From the human T2T-CHM13v2.0 reference genome, Homo sapiens: DNA of 64,000 nt. Each line of letters opens with the position of its first letter. Positions within the stretch are counted from its first letter, which is position 1. The stretch lies in the NCBI RefSeq assembly GCF_009914755.1, contig NC_060925.1; one strand, written 5' to 3'. Below are positions 44,447 to 61,210 of this stretch, one piece after another. The translations under genes and the position numbers were made by a program. The notes below the pieces were generated by a model. It saw only the letters and a program-made list of their open reading frames with translations. It did not search any database and was not told where the DNA came from.

Positions 44447-45129
44447 TTTTTCTGGTGAATATTTAGAATTAGCCAGCTGGACTCAGCTTAGATGATCCCA
44501 GTTTTGTTGGCCACATCCGAAACGTAAATCAGGAGGCAATTGAACATATGTGTTCTCTCCACCAGGCCTGATCAGGGTGTTGACCTTGGCCACATCAGGG
44601 TCATAGAGCTCCTTCATAGCCTGTTTGATCTGGTGCTTGTTTGTTGGCCTTGATATCCACAATGAACCCAAGTGTATAATTGTTTCCTTTTTCGTTTTTG
44701 CACATTACTTCCTTTATAGTTTATCATGAAGACTTTCAAATATACAGAAAAGTTGAAAATAATTTACCATGAGCATTTATATGCCCACTCCCTAGAATCC
44801 ACCATTAATACTTTATTCTACTTGTTTTATCACATATCTATCATTCTGTTATCCATCAATCCATCTCGATTGTCATGTTGTTTTCTATCTTCTTCATAGC
44901 AGACTCAGTGGTCAGTGGAACTGATGAGGCAGAGTGAGTAAGCTTGTTTCTCCTGGGGGTGCTCATCCAAGGATATTTGGGCTGCTTCCACAACCACAGT
45001 GCCTTGGGCCACCAGAAAGAGGGTGCCATATGGATCTTTTTTTTTTGTGGCCAAAGCCTTTGTTTTGGCATCAGCTTCGGTGGGGGCAGGAGCTTCCTTC
45101 TTCATCTTCAGCGCCATCTTGTGAAAAGG
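44447..45129 (-). pseudogene. RPL23A processed pseudogene, interrupted by an insert at ~44676-44870
   Basis: Minus strand begins CCTTTTCACAAGATGGCG (RPL23A 5' end). Frames give [66 protein letters not shown]. Intronless, frameshifted, internal deletion, 3' UTR and A-rich remnant. Confidence 0.95.
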
Positions 45130-45179
45130 CTAAGATGTTAATAATTAATCTGTAATGAATAAACTTTGTCTGTGTAAGG

Positions 45180-45692
45180 CAGCAGCCCCCAACCTTTTTG
45201 GCATCAGGGACTGGTTTTTTGGAAGGTAATTTTTCCGTGGACCGGGGAGGGGAGTGGGGGGATGGTTTCAGGATAATTCAAGCACATTACATTTATTGTG
45301 CACTTTATTTCTATTATTATTACATTGTAATATATAATGAAATAATTATACAGCTCACCATAATGTAGAATCAGTGGGACCCCTGAGTTTGTTTTCCTGT
45401 GACTAGATGGTCCCATTTGGGAGTGATGGGAGACAGTGACAGATCATCAGGCATTAGATTCTCCTCCTTGCAAGCGCAGTTCACAGTAGGGTTTGTGCTC
45501 TTATGAGGATCTGATGCCATCGATGATCTGACAGGAGGCAGAGCTCAGGCAGTAATGCGAGCTATGGGGAGCAGCTGTAAATACAGATGAAGCTTTGTTC
45601 GCTGGCTGGTGGCTCACCTCCTGCTATGCAGCCCAGTTCCTAACAGGCCACGCACCACTACTGATCTGTGGCCTGGGGGTTGGGGAAGCCTA
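45180..45692. mobile_element. MER1A (hAT-Charlie) full-length
   Basis: Termini cagcagcccccaacc...ggttggggaagccta; 8-bp TSD GTGTAAGG/GTCTAAGG; ~513 bp. Confidence 0.88.
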
Positions 45693-45966
45693 GTCTAAGG
45701 CACACAGGAGAAAGATTAGTGGTTTCTGAAGTGGTACTTTAATTGTGTGCATCTGGGAGAAAAGAGCAGAAGGTTGTTTGTGTGCATGATGTGCACATAT
45801 ATATATAAACATTTATGCATTTATTCACCGAATTCAAATATATGTATATATATACACTCACTGTATACATATGTGTATATTTATTCAATATATATGTGTA
45901 TTTACTTGCTCATTTAATCATTCATCAAATTTCATGATCACCTTTTCTATGCTAGGATTTATGCTA

Positions 45967-46410
<444 letters not shown>

Positions 46411-46915
46411 CTATAATTTTCTTCATGAAATTTGATGAAATCATGAAATTTGATGAATGATTAAATGAGCAAGTAAATACACATATCTTCAGACACAAAC
46501 CATACCATGTTCCTAACATGGTACATAATAATAAGGCTTCAAAAAGTAGTTGTTGAAAGAATGACTAGAGGAAAGTTACAAGCACAAGGTAAGGGTATCA
46601 GGGAAAGCTTCAACGAACAGATAAGTCATAGTTGCATAATAAAATTGAAAAAGATGTATAATAACTTAAGTACATAGAAGCACATGTGTGAAACCTGTAT
46701 TTTACATCATTCATAACACCTAATCCCAGATGGATCATAGACATAAACATGAATAATAAAATGAAACTTCTAGAATAAGATGAAGGATAATATATTCATG
46801 ATTTTGGGATAGGCAAACATTTCTTAAATAGTAATAAAAAAGCATTGATGACAAAAGAAGAAACGGATAAACTGAAATTCATTAAAATTCATAATTTGTA
46901 TTTATAAAATACACC

Positions 46916-47567
46916 AGAGCTGCCAAACTATGGACTGTGTATTAGTCTGTTCTCCCGCTGCTATAAGGATATACCCAAGACTGAGTAATTTATAAAGGAA
47001 AGAGGTTTAATTGACTCACAGTTCCACAGGGCTGGGGAGGCCTCAGGAAACTTCTAATCATGGCTTAAGGGGAAGCAAACACGTCCTTCTTCACATGGTG
47101 GCAGCAAGGAGAAGTGCAGAGCAAGTGGAGGGGGTGGTGAAGCTCCTTATAAAACTATCAGATCTTGTGAGAACTAACTCACTATCACGAGAACAGGATG
47201 GAGGAAACCGCTTCCACGATTCAGTTATCTCCACCTGGTACCTCCCATGACACATGGGGGTTATGGGAATTACAATTCAAAATAAGATTTAGGTGGGGAC
47301 ATAGCCCAACCATATCAGACTATAAACTTAATCCAGCCTGTCAAGTGTTTTTGTACAATATGTGAGCTAAGAATAATTATTAAATTTTTACATGGCCGAA
47401 AAACAATCAAAAGAAGAATGATAAAGTTTTTGCTTATTCAGTAAACGTATTGTGTGTAGCTGCTTTTGCACTAAATGGCATAGCTGACTAGTTGCAAAAG
47501 AGACCACATGACCTGCAAAACCTAAAATATTTATTATTTGGCTCTTTACAAAAAAAGTTTGACCCCT
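46916..47567. mobile_element. MER58B-like hAT element split by an LTR
   Basis: cagagctgccaaactatgg ... agttgcaaaagagaccacatgacctgcaaaacctaaaatattta...aaagtttgacccct. Confidence 0.75.
46938..47317 (-). mobile_element. MaLR solo LTR (MSTA/THE1D-like)
   Basis: tgtattagtctgttctc...aaagaggtttaattgactcacagttc...aaccatatca; TSD GACTG/GACTA. Confidence 0.9.
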
Positions 47568-48796
47568 AAAACATAAAATTAAGAAAATGAAAAGGTAAGC
47601 CGCAGATTGGAACAATACATGGCCAAAAAGGATATTCACTAAAAGGATGTATATTCAGAGTATGTAAAAGAACTCCTACAAACCGATAAGAAAAAGACAG
47701 ACAAGCAAAGATGTGGTCTTTTTTTTTTTTTAAAAAAAAGGGGGGGGCAAAATTCTTGAATAGGCAGTTAACAAAAGAGGATATACAAGTGACCGATACA
47801 CATATGACAAAGTGCTCAACATCATTAGTCATTAGGGAAATGCAAATTAAAACCACAATGAAATACCACTCCACACCAATATATACCCATCAGAATGGCT
47901 AACGTTTGGAAGCTTGACAATATCAAATGGTGAAGATATGGACCAACTGGAGAGATAATTGGTATAGCTACTTTGGAAAACTCTTGGGTAAAATCTACTA
48001 AAACCAAACCTATGTCTATTCGATGGCCCAGTAATTCCACTTCTAGGGATACGGCCATCAAAAATGATGACATTTGTCTACCAAAAGACTTGTACAATAA
48101 GGTTCATAGCAGCTTTATTCATGATAACTCACAAATGGAAACAACAGAAATTAGAATAAATATATATCATACAGTGATACGCAGTGAAATACTATGCAGT
48201 ACTGAAAAAAGTAAACCACTGCTACACAAAAGGGCTTGGATGCATCTTTCAGACATATGTCAAAAAAAAAAAAAGAAATTTACACAGGAGTGCATACTAT
48301 GTGGTCACCTTTGGGGAAGGGATTGTTAAGTGGGAAGAAGCCTTCTGAATGTTTGATTTGAATGATGATTACATGGTTAAACAGATATGTAAAAACAGTG
48401 TGAGATTAATATGTGAACATAAAGCTTTTGTACCGATTGCACGTATGTTATACTGCAACAAAGATTTAAACAGTCAAAAAGTAGAAAAAGTATAAATGAA
48501 AGTATGAATAAGGATGGCAACATAACTTAGCTATGTATGGTATGAATGGGAAAAGGGGTAAACAGAAGAATTTGTTCAATTTTCCAAATTGTGAACATTG
48601 GTTATATTTATCCATTTCCTGTTTGGCCAACAGAGAAATAATTATTCTGAAATTTTAACGTACTTACTCATTGCAATTCCCGAACAGATGCCAACATGAT
48701 TTTGTCCTTGAACCATATTAATGGCTGTGGCCATATGAAAGTCTCTATCTCAGATAATTCTCAGTCATCTACCTCACTTATGTCTGTATAGACACT

Positions 48797-48881
48797 CCAA
48801 GAAAGAGAAAGAGAGAGAGAGGGAGGAAGGGAGGGAGAGAGAGAGAGAGGGAGAAAAGAAACAAGAAAAGAAAAGAAAAAA
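48797..48881. repeat. GA-rich polypurine tract
   Basis: Directly visible. Confidence 0.85.
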
Positions 48882-48979
48882 CTTTTCTCAAAGACAACTT
48901 TTCAACTTAGAGAAAAAAGATGAGGAACGTGAGAAAGTCCATAACATGGACAAAGAAGAACTGAAACGCCTTTATTGAG

Positions 48980-49726
<747 letters not shown>

Positions 49727-49937
49727 CTAAGAACATTACCTTCCTCAGCCCGGTGAAACTTTTCTATTTCTTTAAATTTTGGAGGATGGGAAAATGGGAT
49801 TCAGAATGACAGAGATACAATGAGCAGGGCCTTTGCACGAAATGTTCCCTCTGTTGGAGTGCTCCCCTTCTTCAAACTTTTACTTTGCTACCGTGTCTGC
49901 ATCTCCCCTGATGCCCTTGCTTTCTTTTTCTCCATAG

Positions 49938-50370
<433 letters not shown>

Positions 50371-50889
50371 TGATGCCTGGTGCTCAGTAAATATTTGTTG
50401 AATAAACTAGAAAATAAACAAATGCGCAAGTGAGTGAATGAATGAAGGACCAGTGGGGATGGCACACACACAAAGCTCTCAGGAGGAGTGCATGATGCTC
50501 TTACATATTGTTGAAGTCATGTCCTCATTTGAAGAGGCCTGCTTCTTTGTTATTCATTAGATAAAACACACAGCTGTGGGGTTCATCTCATAGCAGCCAA
50601 TGTTCCAAACCAATCCCACTTTTCTCAGGAATGATATGGTCTGGTCCACTGTTCATATTTGCTGATTGCATTCTGTCTCCCCAACCTGGATTGTGCCTCC
50701 CCATTTAGACATTCTTTTCTTCATTTTCTGCTCCTGCGGCAATGTTCATTGGCCTTTATCTCCCATCTTAAACTGGTGGGCAATTTACTGGGCTTTACCA
50801 TACTGAGAAAATGTCTAGGTTAACCTAGTCCAAATAAAAGTGGAAAGTTTAATTAAGACAAAATTCAGGTGAAAAATGAGGAAGGAAAC

Positions 50890-51370
50890 TTTAGTAACAT
50901 TCTTTGAATATCTAATACGTGCTGGTTCCTTTCATATGTATTATCTCATCTCTTCATGTCAACCCAGTGAGATAATATCATTAACTACCACTTATATCTG
51001 CTTACTAAGTGCCAGCCCCAAGCACTTTGCATATATTATCTAATGCGTATCTTTATTTAACAACCCTATGAGATAGGTGCTATTATTATCCCCATTTTGG
51101 GATTAAGAAAATTAGACTTAAAGAGATTAAGTAACTTCTCCAAGATCATACAACTATAGTCATGTCAAAGCCAGGATCCAAATGCAGGCAGTTGGAGGTT
51201 CAGAGTCTGTGCCTTAAACCAACAAGCTGTAATAAGCCAGTAGATTATTAGTTGGCTACTGCAGGTTATGTTATCTCCATCTTACAGATGAAGGAATCCG
51301 GAAAAATAATAATGGTTTTCAGTGTCACGTAGCTAGTAAATGGCAGAGCCAATATTTAAACCCAATCTAA
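50890..51370 (-). mobile_element. Nested MIR cluster
   Basis: caaccctatgagataggtgctattattatccccatttt...aagtaacttctccaagatcatac; cttacagatgaagga...gctagtaaatggcagagcc. Confidence 0.75.
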
Positions 51371-52009
51371 ACCATATATCAAACTGTTGATGTGTGTGTC
51401 TACAGGGTTATTTTCAAACGCATCTCAAATTTAGTGTAGCCAGAACTACACCTAAAATGACTCTTCCCCAGGGTTTCTCAATCTAAGCAAGTGGGATCTC
51501 CATCTACTCATATCCTTCATGCCGTACGTCCACTCAGTTTGCCAACTTTCACTGATTCTGTCTCCAAAATAGACACCAAAGTCCATCTCTTATATCTGCC
51601 TTCATTTCAACCATCCTTTCTTCCTAGTCCACTGCAATAACTTTTAATTGCTCTCCCAGTTTCTACACTTTCCCACTTCTAATTCTCCCCACGCCAGCCA
51701 GACAGAATGATTTTTTAAATGGAAATCTGATTATGTCATTTGCTTGCATAAATCCCTCTAAATCTTTCTTTTGGGGGTTCTGGTAAAATTTAAAATCCTC
51801 ATACTATGGTCCTTATCTGACTGCAGCTTATTTTCCAACTTGTTCGTACACCTTAAGGATATTGGCCTTCTCTCTAATATCATAGGTACCATGATATCTG
51901 TCAACTCATAGATATTAAGTTCCTTCCTAATATGGGGCCTTATTACTATTATTATTATTATTACTGCCCCTTTTATTATGTTCTTTCCTTCCTTTCTATT
52001 ACCTCTCTT

Positions 52010-52825
<816 letters not shown>

Positions 52826-52859
52826 CCACTGAAAGGACTTCAGCTTTTACTCTAAACAA

Positions 52860-53325
52860 AATGAATGTCCATTTTAGATGGGAGTCAGAAAAGTGATGAT
52901 CTGACTTAATATTTTAAAAAGCTCATTCTGGCTGTTTTGAGAACAAAACAAAGGACAAAGGTAGAAGCAAGGAGTTTGGTTCAGAGGCTATTGCAGTAAT
53001 CCAAGAGAGAGATGACTGTCCATTGAATTAAGGTGGTCACAGTAGAGAAGGTGGTAAGGATGGTCAGTTCCTGGATATATTCTTAAGACAGATTCCACAG
53101 GATTTGTTGACAAAATCGGTATGCAGTAGGATAAAAAGAGAGGCATCAAAGATAACTCCAAGGGTTTTAGCCTGAATAACTAGAAGGATGGAGGAGCTGC
53201 CATCAAAAGAAATGAGGAAGACTGAGAGTGAAGCAGGTCTGGGGAGGAAAGATCAAAAATTCAGTTTTGGACATATTACATTTGAAATATCTATTAGATA
53301 TCTAAGTGTCAAGATGTCAGGTAGA
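52860..53325. mobile_element. L2 fragment
   Basis: gaggctattgcagtaatccaagagagagatga...gaggcatcaaagataactccaagggttttagcctga...ttcagttttggacat. Confidence 0.8.
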
Positions 53326-53445
53326 CATATATATATTTTGAAAGTGGATCCAAAAGGACCTACATATATATATGACACCTCTTGTATATATAATAGATAT
53401 CATCCTGGTAACATTAAGTAACCAGTGTTGTTAATTTAATTTTGA

Positions 53446-53737
<292 letters not shown>

Positions 53738-53872
53738 AACTGTAGATATTTAATAAGGGTAACCTAACTCTTTGCCTCAGATGGTATTCTACATATTTCA
53801 ATGAGAGCAGTGTGGGGTCTGGAGATCTAAGTATGAGTTCCCTTTCTATTTTGATTGATTATGTGATCTTGA

Positions 53873-54225
<353 letters not shown>

Positions 54226-54458
54226 TAAAATGGGGAGTTGTGCAAGATAGTAGCCAAGACCCACTCTGCCCCACCCCCTGCCCTGCAGCCCTAAAAATTC
54301 TTCATTTTACTTATCTTAACTGAAAACTGATTTTCTCAAGGTGACAGCATTTTTGGAATTTTACCAGAGAAGGCGGCTTCTTTTCCTTCTCCTGTTAACT
54401 CAGTGGGCAAAGAAACAAGAACTTTGTGTTTATATATGCCTGTCTCTCCATGGCCACT

Positions 54459-54460
54459 AT

Positions 54461-54499
<39 letters not shown>

Positions 54500-56680
54500 T
54501 TGTTATTATTATTTTCAATACTTTAAGTTCTGGGATACATGTGCGGAATGTGCAGGTTTGTTACGTAGGTATACACATGCCATGGTGGTTTGCTGCACTC
54601 ATCAACCCATCATCTACATTAGGTATTTCTCCTAATGCTATCCCTCCCCTAGCCCCCCAACCCCCAACAGGCCCCAGTGTCTGATGTTCCCCTCCCTGTG
54701 TCCATGTGTTCTCATTGTTCAACTCCCACTTATGAGTGAGAACATGCGGTGTTTGGTTTTCTGTTCCTGTGTCAGCTTGAGAATGACGGTTTCCAGCTTC
54801 ATCCATGTCCCTGCAAAGGACATGAACTCATCCTTTTTTATGGCTGCATAGTATTCCATGCTGTGTATGTGCCACATTTTCTGTATCCAGTCTATCATTG
54901 ATGGGCAGTTGGGTTGGTTTCAAGTCTTTGCTATTGTGAACAGTGCACAATAAACATACATGTGCATGTGTCTTTATAGTAGAATGATTTTGAATCCTTT
55001 GGGTATATACCCAGTAATGAGATTGCTGGGTCAAATGGTATTTCTGGTTCTAGATCCTTGAAGAATTGCCACACTGTCTTCCACAATAGTTGAACTAATT
55101 TATACTCCCACCAACAGTGTAAAAGCTTCTCCACATCCTCTCCAGCATCTGTTGTCTCCTGACATTTTAATGATCAGTATTCTAACTGGTGTGAGATGGT
55201 ATCTCATTGTGGTTTTGATTTGCATTTCTCTAATGACCAGTGATGATGAGCTTTTTTTCATACGTTTTTTGGCCACATAAATTTCTTTTGAGAATTGTCT
55301 GTTCATACCCTTCACCCACTTTTTGGTGGGGCTGGTTTTTTTTGTTTTTGTTTTTGTAAATTTGTTTAAGTTCTTTGTAGATTATGGATATTAGTCCTTT
55401 GTCAGATGGGTAGATTGCAAAAATTTTCTCCCATTCTGTAGGGATACGTAATTTTTAACAAAGTATAACTATACATTTTTTTTGAAACACTTCTTATTGA
55501 AGAATGAAATACAAACCTTTTTTCTTTTTTCTTTTCTTTCTTTCTTTTTTTTTTCCTGTACACTCTGATCATAGTTTCTTTTGCTGTGCAGAAGCTCTTT
55601 AGTTTAATTAGATCCCATTTGTCAATTTTGGCTTTTGTTGCCATTGCTTTTGGTGTTTTAGTCATGAAGTCTTTGCCCATGCCTATGTCCTGAATGGTGT
55701 TGCCTAGGTTTTCTTCTAGGGTTTTTATGATTTGAGGTCTTACGTTTAAGGCTTTAATCCATCTTGGGTTAGTTTTTGTATAAGGTGTAAGGAAGGGGTC
55801 CAGTTTCAGTTTTCTGGATATGGCTAGCCAGTTTTCCCAACGCCATGTATTAAATAGGGAATCCTTTCCCTATTGCTTGTTTTTGTCAGGTTTGTCAAAG
55901 ATTAGATGGTTGTAGATGTGTGACATTATTTATTTTTTTAAATTTTATTTTATTATTATTATACTTTACGTTTTAGGGTACATGTGCACAATGTGCAGGT
56001 TAGTTACATATGTATACATGTGCCATGCTGGTGTGCTGCACCCATTAACTCGTCATTTAGCATTAGGTATATCTCCTAATGCTATCCCTCCCCCCTCCCC
56101 CCACCCCACAACAGTCCCCAGAGTGTGATGTTCCCCTTCCAGTGCCCATGTGTTCTCTTTGTTCAATTCCCACCTATAAGTGAGAACATGTGGTGTTTGA
56201 TTTTTTGTCCTTGTGATAGTTTACTGAGAATGATGATTTCCAATTTCATCCATGTCCCTACAAAGGACATGAACTCATCATTTTTTATGGCTGCATAGTA
56301 TTCCATGGTGTATATGTGCCACATTCTCTTAATCCAGTCTATCATTGTTGGACATTTGGGTTGGTTCCAAGTCTTTGATATTGTGAATAGTGATGTGTGG
56401 CATTATTTCTGAGGCCTCTGTTCTGTTCCATTGGTCTATGTATCTGTTTTGGTACAAGTACCATGCTGTTTTGGTTACCGTAGCCTTGTAGTATAGTTTG
56501 AAGTCAGGTAGTGTGATTCCTCTAGCTTTGTTCTTTTTGCTTAGGATTATCTTGGCTATATGGGCTCATTTTTGCTTCCATATGAAATTTAAAGTAGTTT
56601 TTTTCTAATTCTGTGAAGAAAGTCAATGGTAGCTTGATGGGGATAGCATTGAATCTATACATTACTTTGGGCAATATGGC
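54459..56680 (-). mobile_element. 5'-truncated L1PA with two internal insertions
   Basis: L1 ORF2 peptides [69 protein letters not shown]; L1PA 3' UTR; (TTTA)n tail. Confidence 0.95.
55932..56391 (-). mobile_element. Younger L1PA 3' fragment nested in the L1PA
   Basis: Second L1 3' end; 17-bp TSD GATGTGTG(A/G)CATTATTT at 55915-55931 and 56392-56408. Confidence 0.93.
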
Positions 56681-57493
56681 ATGGCCAATTTTATACCATT
56701 GTTTTCCTACCATGAAATTAATAATATCTCTTCTTTAAACAACAAATAATCTTTTATTATTACTACAAGAGTGATACACATTTAATATGGACAATAATTC
56801 AAATTATGTTGCCTCTCGTGTTTCTCTGCTAATTTCTCATAACATTATGTTCACACCTCTGGTATGGCATTTATAACATTCTGTCTGCTATTATTGTTCC
56901 TTGTGGACTCTGAGTTAGTTCATTTCATGATGCCAGTGATTGTCTCTGACTCATTTTTGCCAGTCACAGACTGTTCAGGTAAATGCCTTATCAATCATGA
57001 ACACTAGAAAAATGTATGGTGAATTAATGAGTGAGTCAATAAACCAATTATATAATAATAAAATAAATTTTCTAAACTATAAAGTACAATAAAATTAAAT
57101 TTCCCAGAAGGACCCTTCTGATATCCGTGGGTGGGTTTTCTGCTCTTTTGAGCTTTTATGTAATATCATTAAACAGCTCATGATTTCATACACACCTATG
57201 AGGTCATTGAAATTCTCTCTGGCACATGCAACTTATTTCTAACTTTTATAAAAAGTAGCATAATGAAAAGATTATTGCAATTAAAAGCAGCAGTTGGAAT
57301 CCTAGGTCTATCCCCAAATAGCTGTGTGACTTTGGGTAAGTTGCTATCCCTCGCTGATCCTCAGTTCTCAATTTGATGAAGTGAGAATTGCAGATCCTAT
57401 ACACTGGGTTAATGTAGAAACACAATGAAATAATGAAATTCTTTGTAGACTAAAATGACTCTATTAAAAATATCTTCAAAAAGATTTCTGAAT

Positions 57494-57636
57494 CAGGCAG
57501 TGTGGCTCATGCCTGGAGTCCCAGCACTTTGGGAGGCTGAGATTGTAGGATTGTTTTGAGCCCAGGAGTTCGAGACCAGCCCAGGCAACATAGGGTGACC
57601 CTGTCTCTTAATAAAAAAAAAAAGAAAAGAAAGAAA
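57494..57636 (+). mobile_element. FLAM-like Alu monomer
   Basis: Left monomer with A tail. Confidence 0.85.
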
Positions 57637-58079
57637 ACAATTTCTGAGAAGACACACTATTAGTACATTATTTTTATTGTTAAAATGATCAAAATTCTTA
57701 AATAGAATAATTTAGCAGACTCCCAGTTTAATGCTAAGATATGATAGTGATCTAACCTGAGAGTTGTGCTCTATGATTTTTCAAATGAGGGGATAGAAAA
57801 ATATGTCCATAAAATTTTTGGAAATGTATGCTAGGGTTGCTGCATGTGGCTGCACCACTCTGGGTTCTCTATTCACACAGTCTCCAATAACAGCACAGTG
57901 TTCCTCGTGGTCATCCAAGCAGTTAGTCACAAGAATAATTGAGAGACCTAGTATGGATCACCTAATACATTCTGTGAGTGTTTGGAGAGATACCATATAT
58001 TTATAATAAATTATTAAACTGTGTGTGTCCCTCCTTGTCATTACTAATACTAAAAATGTGAAGAAAACGTTTTGAGTCA

Positions 58080-58463
<384 letters not shown>

Positions 58464-58491
58464 TCATTTTATTAACATAGATCTGTATCTC

Positions 58492-58803
58492 GGTTGGGCA
58501 CAGTGGCTCATGCCTGTAATCCCAGCACTTTGGGAGACCAAGGTGGGTGGAGTTTGAGACCAGCCTGGGCAACCTGGTGAAACCTCTATCTCTACCAAAA
58601 ACACAAAAAAAATTAGCTGGGAGTGGTGGCACATGCCTGTGGTCCCAACTACTTGGGAGGCTTGAGGTGGGAGGATCGTGTGAACCTGGATCACGATGGA
58701 TGGGGAGGTTGCAGTGAGCCAAGATTGCACCAATGTACTCCAGCTTGGGTGACAGAGTGAGATCCTATCTCAAAAAAAAAAAAAAAAAAAAGAAAAAGAA
58801 AAA
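58492..58803 (+). mobile_element. AluJ-like
   Basis: Diverged dimer; TSD AGAT(C/T)TGTAT(C/T)TC. Confidence 0.9.
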
Positions 58804-59487
58804 GATTTGTATTTCATTCTTCAATAAGAAGTGTTTCGAAACACAGGTATAGTTATACTTTGTTAAAAATTACATATCCCCAATAAATCATAATGTCTAA
58901 AAACATGTGCAAATGTATTACACAGGTATATTTAAATACATAAAGGCTGCACTACACGACTTTTCCTATGTTACCTAAATATTATGTTTCATGGATTTAT
59001 CCATTTATTCAAATAAACATTGATTAGACATTTAGTCTGTGTTCAGTCCTAGGAACAAACCAAAAAAAAAAAGAAAAGAAGAAGGGAAGAAATAATGATC
59101 ATTTCTTTTTTATATGGGGTAAAATCATCCCCAGGTAAGAAAGAGTTCAGACACATGAGTCAGGGTGGTGCTGAAGTTCATCATTTGAAAGGAGTTGTTT
59201 GGCCTAGGACACTGAATCACTATGAAATGCATTTCACTCCAGCCAGAGGGAAGACGTTTTAAAGTTCTTTGTGAACCAAATACAACTTTTCCATTCCCAG
59301 GCAGGCCAGTGATACCAGTAAGGGATAAAGCAACAGTGTTGGCATGAGCCCAGCAAGTGCCAGAGCAGTAAGGTACACCTGGAGTAGCAGCAGCAGGAAG
59401 GAAACTTCATCCAGGACCCCATAGGAAGGGTGGACATGAGAAGTTTGGGATCCTAGTGAATTCACTGTTTCACTGTTATTAGTATTA

Positions 59488-60007
<520 letters not shown>

Positions 60008-60626
60008 CCTCTGGATTATCTGATAGCATCTAAATTTGAGAAAGGGTGATAGAATCTAAATTCCTCCCCTCTGTGACTTACAAGTTGCAAAACTGGTCTG
60101 AATGTCCACCTTTGCTGTATAAAAAAAGGCATGTCAGAAAAATTATTCCTTCAATGCATAAAAATAATCCACTCTTAGAGCTAGGAAGACTCTTGATGGT
60201 AGCTTGGACCACGGCCTCATTCTACAAGAAGGAAATTAACCCACAGAGACTAAGGAATTTGCTTACGATAGAGAAAAACCAAGATCCCAAGTCTTCTCAT
60301 TCCCAGTTCTGTGCATCTCCCACCACACCACATTGCTTTTGTTTTGTTTTTCATGTGAAGGATTCTGTTTTACCAAAGAATTGAGAGCAAGAAAGAACCC
60401 TTACCTTCATATATCTATTCCTATACTTTTTAATTCATAACTCTTTCACATGTAGTTTTCAGCCAAAAATATTTGGAAGTATGTGATAACATTTTTTTAT
60501 AGTCACTATGACTACATGTACATAGTGATTGGGACCCAGGAATATTGCATAATACAGCATAATAAATATCCCACATGAATGCAACAGTAGTCCTGGTGAA
60601 AAAAAAAAACAAAAAACCTGACACAC

Positions 60627-60984
60627 TGATATGGGTTGGCTGTGTTCCAACCCAAATCTCATCTTGAATTGTAGCTCCAGTAATTCCCATGTGTTGTGGG
60701 AGGGACCCGGTGGGAGATAATTGAATCATGGGGGCAGTTTTCCCCATACTGTTCTTGTGGTAGTAAGTCTCATGAGATCTGATGGTTTCATAAGGGGTTT
60801 CCCCTTTCAATTGGCTCCCATTCTCTCTTGTCTGTCGCCATGTAAGACATGCCTTTCACCTTCTGCCATGATTGTGAGGCCTCCCCAGCCACGTGGAACT
60901 GTGAGTCCATTAAACCTCTTTTTCGTTACAAATTACCCAGTCTCAGGTATGTCTTTATCAGTGGTGTGAAAATGGACTAATACA
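60627..60984 (+). mobile_element. THE1 (B/C-like) solo LTR
   Basis: tgatatgggttggctgtgttccaacccaaatctcatcttgaattgtag...gtgagtccattaaacctc...ggactaataca. Confidence 0.92.
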
Positions 60985-61210
60985 CACCCTGAATATGGAT
61001 CATGGATTGTGCTGCTAAATGCTTATATAAATACATTATATCCCATTTAATTCACACACAAAATAAGAGACATACTATCAAAATTTCCACTTTACAGAGT
61101 AGAAAACGAAAGCACTGAAGGGAAGAGTTGTATGTATGTAGGTATGCACGTATGTATATGCATTGACATTTTCCTCAACAACACCCTTTTTAGTATCAAA
61201 GCACAGAATA

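Larger units (their letters stand above)
46690..48470 (+). mobile_element. Old L1M fragment (ORF2 end / 3' UTR) interrupted by MER58 and MST
   Basis: gatggatcatagacataaac...ggataggcaaacatttctta, then resumes ~47570; ORF track [20 protein letters not shown] is the L1 ORF2 C-terminus. Confidence 0.8.

Noticed and set aside
44676-44870. Intron gain in the RPL23A retrocopy
   Set aside because: No GT-AG or AT-AC ends on either strand, and the host frame is already broken.
53289-53400. Imperfect inverted duplication at the end of the L2 fragment
   Set aside because: Similarity depends mostly on self-complementary TA runs; too weak to support.
59155-59180. REST/RE1 site (GGTGCTGAA)
   Set aside because: Only one half-site matches.
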